64,000 nucleotides of DNA from Dehalococcoidia bacterium (lineage in GTDB: Bacteria; Chloroflexota; Dehalococcoidia; UBA2979): NCBI GenBank assembly GCA_965262725.1, contig OZ253555.1, positions 2,944,001 to 3,008,000 of the forward strand, written 5' to 3'. The position numbers were made by a program, and so were the translations under genes. Shown here one piece after another: positions 59,419 to 64,000 of the stretch (position 1 is its first letter; every line of letters starts with the position of its first letter). Under the pieces are notes generated by a model. The model was not told the DNA's origin. It searched no databases and saw only the letters and a program-made list of their open reading frames with translations.

Positions 59419-60315
59419 ATGCCACGCACCCGGGGGGGGTCCGATCCTGTGAGGCTCCTGCGCGTACCGGCCGTGCTCCTCGGGCCGCCGGCCATCGTGG
59501 TTGGGGTCGCGGTCGCATTCCACCCGGATGTCCTAGGCACGGCCACCGCCGCGCCGGCCTACGTCGTGTTTCTCTACTGGATCTTCATCGTGTCGTGGAC
59601 CGTGATGGCCGCGCGGAGGTCCTCGCGTGGCCCGCTGCGGCTGCGCACCAGGCTCATGCTGGGGACCGCGGGCCTCGCGGCGATGTACATCCTTTTCGGG
59701 TTCGGCGGTCTCGGACTCGGCTCCGGTCTGCTGGTCGTGGCCGCCCTGCCGCGCGCGGACTGGATAGCGCCGCGTTGCCGCGTCGCGTCCGCGGCGGCGT
59801 GGATGGCCCTCGCGATGGCCTGCTGCGTCGGGCTCTGGCTGGGACTCGGCCCCGCCTACCACAGCGTGTCGGCGACGGCCTCGGTGTCGCCCGCGGGCGG
59901 CGTGCCCGTCGCGCCCGTCGCGCCCGCCGTGTCGGACTCCGGGGGCGACCCGGCCACCTCCACTCTCACTCTCGTCGACGTGAACGGCCTGGGGGTTATC
60001 TGGCTACTGGTCGTGCCCGTCCTGCTCGCGGTTCTGGCCGTTCTGACCGTTCACGCGACCACGCCCGGTGGATTGCTGCGCACGATGCTCCTGTGGGTGT
60101 TCGCCGTCTCGCTTTCGGTCTTGTCTCTCCTGACGAGCCTGTCGATCGGCATGCTCTACCTGCCCGCGTCGCTCGCGCTGCTGGGTGCCGCCGCCAACGC
60201 TTCCGCGGGGCGCCGCCCCGTCCGCGCCACCGCCGACGGCGTACCGCCCTCCGGTCGACGCGGAAAAGCCTCACGCGCCGGGGGCGTGACGTCCCGCGGC
60301 AGGACGCGGAGCTAG
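59419..60315 (+). CDS. Hypothetical multi-pass membrane protein
   Basis: Several hydrophobic helices; ATG 2 nt after the upstream stop. Confidence 0.65.
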   Translation: MPRTRGGSDPVRLLRVPAVLLGPPAIVVGVAVAFHPDVLGTATAAPAYVVFLYWIFIVSWTVMAARRSSRGPLRLRTRLMLGTAGLAAMYILFGFGGLGLGSGLLVVAALPRADWIAPRCRVASAAAWMALAMACCVGLWLGLGPAYHSVSATASVSPAGGVPVAPVAPAVSDSGGDPATSTLTLVDVNGLGVIWLLVVPVLLAVLAVLTVHATTPGGLLRTMLLWVFAVSLSVLSLLTSLSIGMLYLPASLALLGAAANASAGRRPVRATADGVPPSGRRGKASRAGGVTSRGRTRS

Positions 60316-60503
60316 GCCCGCGCGGAACCCTCACCCGGGCGCGCGCGGCGCGACTTCGATGCGCGGAGCGTCGGACGCGCCTCCGGCGCGAAGTGGCGGC
60401 TCGCGCCGCAGTTCGTGCAGGTGGCGGCCGTGCCGTCCGGTCCCGGCGCGGCGAGCATCCAGTGGTGGACGCAGTCGCCCCCATCCGCGGTCGATGGCGA
60501 CAT
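60312..60503 (-). CDS. Small putative Zn-ribbon protein (CxHHW...CxxC) with basic tail
   Basis: MSPSTADGGDCVHHWML...TCTNCG; GGGGGAG RBS. Confidence 0.65.
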   Translation of the reverse strand: MSPSTADGGDCVHHWMLAAPGPDGTAATCTNCGASRHFAPEARPTLRASKSRRARPGEGSARA

Positions 60504-60568
60504 TCGGCACTCCCCCCGCCCAACGTGCGCATGACAGGATACCCCGACGGCCCGCGCCCCGCTCGCGA

Positions 60569-60871
60569 TCACCCTGCTCCGCGCGCCTCCTCGCCCGGCG
60601 GAGCGGCGTCCGGGGCGAACGGAATCTTCTGGAGGATCACCTGCCGGTCCTGCACGCGCAGCAACCGATCGCCGGCGACGTCGTCCACGACCCGGACCAG
60701 GTCGTCCGCCTCGCGGATCGCGACATCGAGCGTGCGCAGCCGCCGGGGGGAGTGCTCGGGCCGCGCGCGCTCCTCCTCGCGCAGCTGCTCGAGCCGGGCG
60801 CGGTAGCCCTCCGCCAGCAGGAGCAGACGGTCCCACGCCGCGCGGATCTCGGCGACCTCGTCAAAGAGCAG
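60569..60871 (-). CDS. Helical hypothetical protein, 100 aa, putative CUG start; absent from the ORF track
   Basis: AAGGAGG + 6 nt + CTG; LFDEVAEIRAAWDRLLLLAEGYRARLEQL...; overlaps the selenoprotein stop. Confidence 0.6.
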   Translation of the reverse strand: MLFDEVAEIRAAWDRLLLLAEGYRARLEQLREEERARPEHSPRRLRTLDVAIREADDLVRVVDDVAGDRLLRVQDRQVILQKIPFAPDAAPPGEEARGAG

Positions 60872-61787
60872 CGGGCGCCTCCTTGCTCCCGTCGCCCGGC
60901 AGGCGGACGGAGGGCCGGGCCTCCCTGCGCCAGCGGTGCGGCAGCGTCACGATGCTCTCGGGCTCCGCGATCACCCAGGGCAGCCTTAGCAGGTCGCCGA
61001 GGATGACCCGCTGCTGTTCGGCCCGCCCCGCCTCGCCGAGCGGGTTCCCCTGCGGGAGACGCATCCGGGCCGCCCTCGGCGCGCGGATGTAGTGGGTGAT
61101 CTCGGGCTTCATCGTTGCCGAGATGGTCGTGATCCCCGCTTCCTCGATGACGTTTTGGATCAGTCCTACGGACCGATGGCAGAGCCATCACCCCGGGGTG
61201 AGCAGCACGAGGTCGACCTCGTCGGCGGCGAGCATCGCGGCGACCCGGGGCGCCGTTTCCGCAAGGAGATCCCCGGGGTCGGAGATGCAGCCCATCAACC
61301 CGACGTGGCGGGGCGCCACCTCGCCGACCTCGCCCGAGACGGCGAGATCATGCAGCCGGTCCAGCGGGAGCATGCAGTTCACGTCCCGGTCGGCGTCGGC
61401 GTGGTTGTAGTGGTCGTGGTCGATCGCGAAGTCACCGGCGCTCGCCGCCGCCGGAATCTCGTTCCACGCGGCGTCGGCGCGCTCGCAGTCAACCTCGTAG
61501 GTGGGCTGCGAGCGTAGCCGGATGCCGCCGGTCGAGAGGAGCGCCACCCGCGAGGCGGCGAGCGGATTCCGGGGCGGTGACCAGTGCACCGTCTCGTTGC
61601 GGACGAAGCGGAAGCGGGGATGGACGGAGGCCGCCATCACGACCCAGCGCGCGAACTTCTCCTCCCGATCGTCGGCGAACTCCTCGGGCGGGAGCCCGAA
61701 GGCCTCCTCCGAAGCGGCCTCGAGAGCGATCCAGCGCGCGATCTTCTCCTGAAGCTGGGCCCACGGAAGGGGCGGCTGGTCGGACAC
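60861..61787 (-). CDS. PrdB/GrdB-family reductase selenoprotein (Sec at UGA 61190-61188)
   Basis: RVALLSTGG, DRDVNCMLPLDRL, VDLVLLTPG-U-WLCHRSVGLIQNVIEEAGITTIS...PRA...GNPLG; hairpin after the UGA. Confidence 0.88.
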
Positions 61788-61906
61788 GGGCAACCTCCCC
61801 GGCGACTCTACCCCAGCGTCCTGCACGCCGCTCACCGGCCCGGGCGGCCGGCCTCGCGCGGGGGGTTGAGGCGTGGCAGACTCGCGCGGGGTCGAAGGGA
61901 GTGCCC

Positions 61907-63172
61907 GTGCCGCGTACCACCATCAGCTCGCCGCTCGTCTTCAGCACGCCGTGGCCGTTCTGCGCCGCGGTCCGAGCCGGCAATCTCACCTTTCTCTCGG
62001 GCTCGGTCGGAGCGGATCCGGCGACCGGAGCGCTCGCCGGCGGGCGTGCGGGCCACCCGGACGCCGCCGCGCAGACGAGGGCGACCGCCAAGATGCTCGA
62101 CGACGCGCTCACGGCGCTCGGCTCGCGTCCGGACGAGCTTGCAAGGCTCCTCACCTACCACGCGACGTGGTCGGGCTACGACCGCGTCGACGGCGTGCTC
62201 GGGGAGCACTACGGCGCCGGGCAGCCGGCGCGCTCGACGGTCGGCCACGGCCTCGTCTCGCCCGGCTACCTCGTCGAACTGGAGGGGATCGCGGTCTCCG
62301 GCTGCGAGCTCGAGCCGATCATCGTCCCCGGGGCGGGGGCTCCCGATGGGGTGCCGGCGGCGGTGCGCGCGGGGAACCTCCTCTTTCTCTCCGGCATGGC
62401 GGGCGTCGGCCCGGACGGCCGCGTGGTGGCGACGGGCGACATCCGGGCGCAGACCCGGCAGGCGCTCGAGAACACGCGCGCCGTGCTGGCTGCGGCCGGA
62501 GCAACGCCCCGCGACGTCATCAAGAACCACACCACGATCGTCGACTGGCGCGACTTCGACGCCTACAACGAGATCTACGCGGAGTTCTTCGGCCAGCCCT
62601 ACCCCGCGCGCGCCTCGATCCAGGGCACGCTCGCCGATCCCGATCGCCTGATCGAGTTCGAGATGACGGCCGTGCTCGACGGGGGCGATCGCACCTACGT
62701 CGACACGGGGAAGCTCGGCGCGTACCAGGACCGCGATCACTACGTCGTGCCCAGCGACCGCATCATCCTCGACGACCGCATGACGCCGGGCGTGGCGCCG
62801 CACTGCGCGGGCATCCGCTCGGGCGACCTCATCGCCGTCTCCGGGGTGGTCGCGACCGATTTCGAGGGGAAGCTCATCGGCCCCGGCGACGTCCGGGCGC
62901 AGACGCACGCCGTGCTCGACGGCATCGGCTACGCGCTGGAGAAGCTCGGCTCCGAGTTCGACGACGTCGTGAAGACGCAGGTCTCGCTCGTCGACTGGCG
63001 GCACTACGCCGCCTACAACGAGGTCTACGCCGAGTACTTCAGCCCGCCCTACCCGGCACGCGCCACCGTGCAGGGCGGGCTCGCGCAGTACGGGCTCCTT
63101 GTCGAGATCGAGGCGTACGCCGTCGTCGGCGCCGCCTCCTCCGCGACCGTGCTCGTCGGCGAGACCGGCTAG
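61907..63172 (+). CDS. Rid/YjgF protein with three tandem domains
   Basis: Three (A/I)(V)R(A/S)G..L...SG...AQT...PAR...(V/I)E.E units. Confidence 0.88.
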   Translation: MPRTTISSPLVFSTPWPFCAAVRAGNLTFLSGSVGADPATGALAGGRAGHPDAAAQTRATAKMLDDALTALGSRPDELARLLTYHATWSGYDRVDGVLGEHYGAGQPARSTVGHGLVSPGYLVELEGIAVSGCELEPIIVPGAGAPDGVPAAVRAGNLLFLSGMAGVGPDGRVVATGDIRAQTRQALENTRAVLAAAGATPRDVIKNHTTIVDWRDFDAYNEIYAEFFGQPYPARASIQGTLADPDRLIEFEMTAVLDGGDRTYVDTGKLGAYQDRDHYVVPSDRIILDDRMTPGVAPHCAGIRSGDLIAVSGVVATDFEGKLIGPGDVRAQTHAVLDGIGYALEKLGSEFDDVVKTQVSLVDWRHYAAYNEVYAEYFSPPYPARATVQGGLAQYGLLVEIEAYAVVGAASSATVLVGETG

Positions 63173-63188
63173 GACCGGGGCCGGCGCC

Positions 63189-63968
63189 GTGGAGCGCCGC
63201 CTCGAGGGCCGGGCCGGCGTCGTGACGGGGGCGGCCTCCGGCATCGGGCGCGCGACGGCGGCGCGGCTCGTCGCCGAGGGGGCGCGCGTGCTCCTGCTCG
63301 ACCTCCCGGGCACCGATCTCGAGGGCGCGCGCGCCGAGGCCGAGAGCGCGGCCCCGGGGGGATCGCCCGCGCCGCGCGCCCTTCAGCAGGCCGCCGACGT
63401 CTCCGTCGCGACCGAGGTCGAGGAGGCCTGCGCCCTCGCCACCCGCCGCTTCGGCGGCGTCGACCTCCTCGTCAACAACGCGGCGACGCTCGGCTTCGTG
63501 GGGCCGCCTCTCGACTACCCGGAGGAGCTCTTCGACCGTGTGCTCGCCGTGAACGTGAAGGGTCCGTGGCTGTGCCTGCGCGCCTGCGTCCCTTCGATGC
63601 GGGCACGGGGCGGCGGCGCCGTGGTGAACATCTCCTCCACGTCGGGGCTGGGGGGCGCGCCCTGGCACATCGCCTACGGCGCCAGCAAGCACGCCGTGCT
63701 CGGCCTTACGCGCTCGGCGGCGCTCGCGCTCGCACCCGACGGGATCCGCGTCAACGCCGTCGCCCCGGGCGCCGTCGAGACGCCGATCCTCGAGGAGCTC
63801 GAGCGCGGACTCGGCCGCTCTCGCACCGAGCGCGTGGAGCAGATCCCTCTCGGGCGCGCCGCCACGCCCGCCGAGGTCGCGGCGCTCGTCGCCTTCCTGC
63901 TCTCCGACGAAGCCGCCTTTATTACGGGGAGCGTGCACTCGATCGACGGCGGGACGCGCGCCCGGTAG
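63189..63968 (+). CDS. Short-chain dehydrogenase/reductase
   Basis: TGAASGIG, NNA, YGASK, IRVNAVAPG, IDGG. Confidence 0.93.
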   Translation: MERRLEGRAGVVTGAASGIGRATAARLVAEGARVLLLDLPGTDLEGARAEAESAAPGGSPAPRALQQAADVSVATEVEEACALATRRFGGVDLLVNNAATLGFVGPPLDYPEELFDRVLAVNVKGPWLCLRACVPSMRARGGGAVVNISSTSGLGGAPWHIAYGASKHAVLGLTRSAALALAPDGIRVNAVAPGAVETPILEELERGLGRSRTERVEQIPLGRAATPAEVAALVAFLLSDEAAFITGSVHSIDGGTRAR

Positions 63969-64000
63969 CCTCGGCCCCGGGAAGCGGGAGGCGCCATGCA

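Noticed and set aside
1-64000. Many long Arg/Pro/Gly/Ala-rich overlapping ORFs in the track
   Set aside because: Shadow ORFs expected at very high GC; they overlap recognisable genes and lack motifs

Overview
Very GC-rich bacterial chromosomal segment. The gene content suggests Chloroflexota/Dehalococcoidia, but that assignment is inference. The left part (1-24.5 kb) is housekeeping and catabolic: HDAC, hydrolase/VOC/NIPSNAP/Dabb genes, MetE-like, pyrE, lepB, fba, ECF sigma/anti-sigma, ribD-ribE-ribBA-ribH, dinB, an HTH/CysG-N fusion, an active-site-degenerate hemC, and dnaN. A mobile-element pile-up follows (24.6-35.8 kb): vapBC, IS5 and IS256 remnants, an AAA/DUF4143 ATPase, IS21 (istAB), IS630 and an IS5-family element, the last two stacked at CTAG sites. 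The main finding is a group II twintron inserted antisense in the IS630 transposase. An RT-encoding intron (31540-34475) has its own RT gene split by an 862-nt ORF-less relative (32498-33359). Precise removal of each intron restores its host ORF, and each intron's EBS1/EBS3 matches its own insertion site. The right part holds a form II coxGSLM-like cluster, transporters, a double CoA-transferase, a tandemly repeated RBS+start cassette, a PrdB/GrdB-like selenoprotein (in-frame UGA, UxxC, SECIS-like hairpin), a triple-domain Rid protein, and several genes that appear to start at AUC or CUG.
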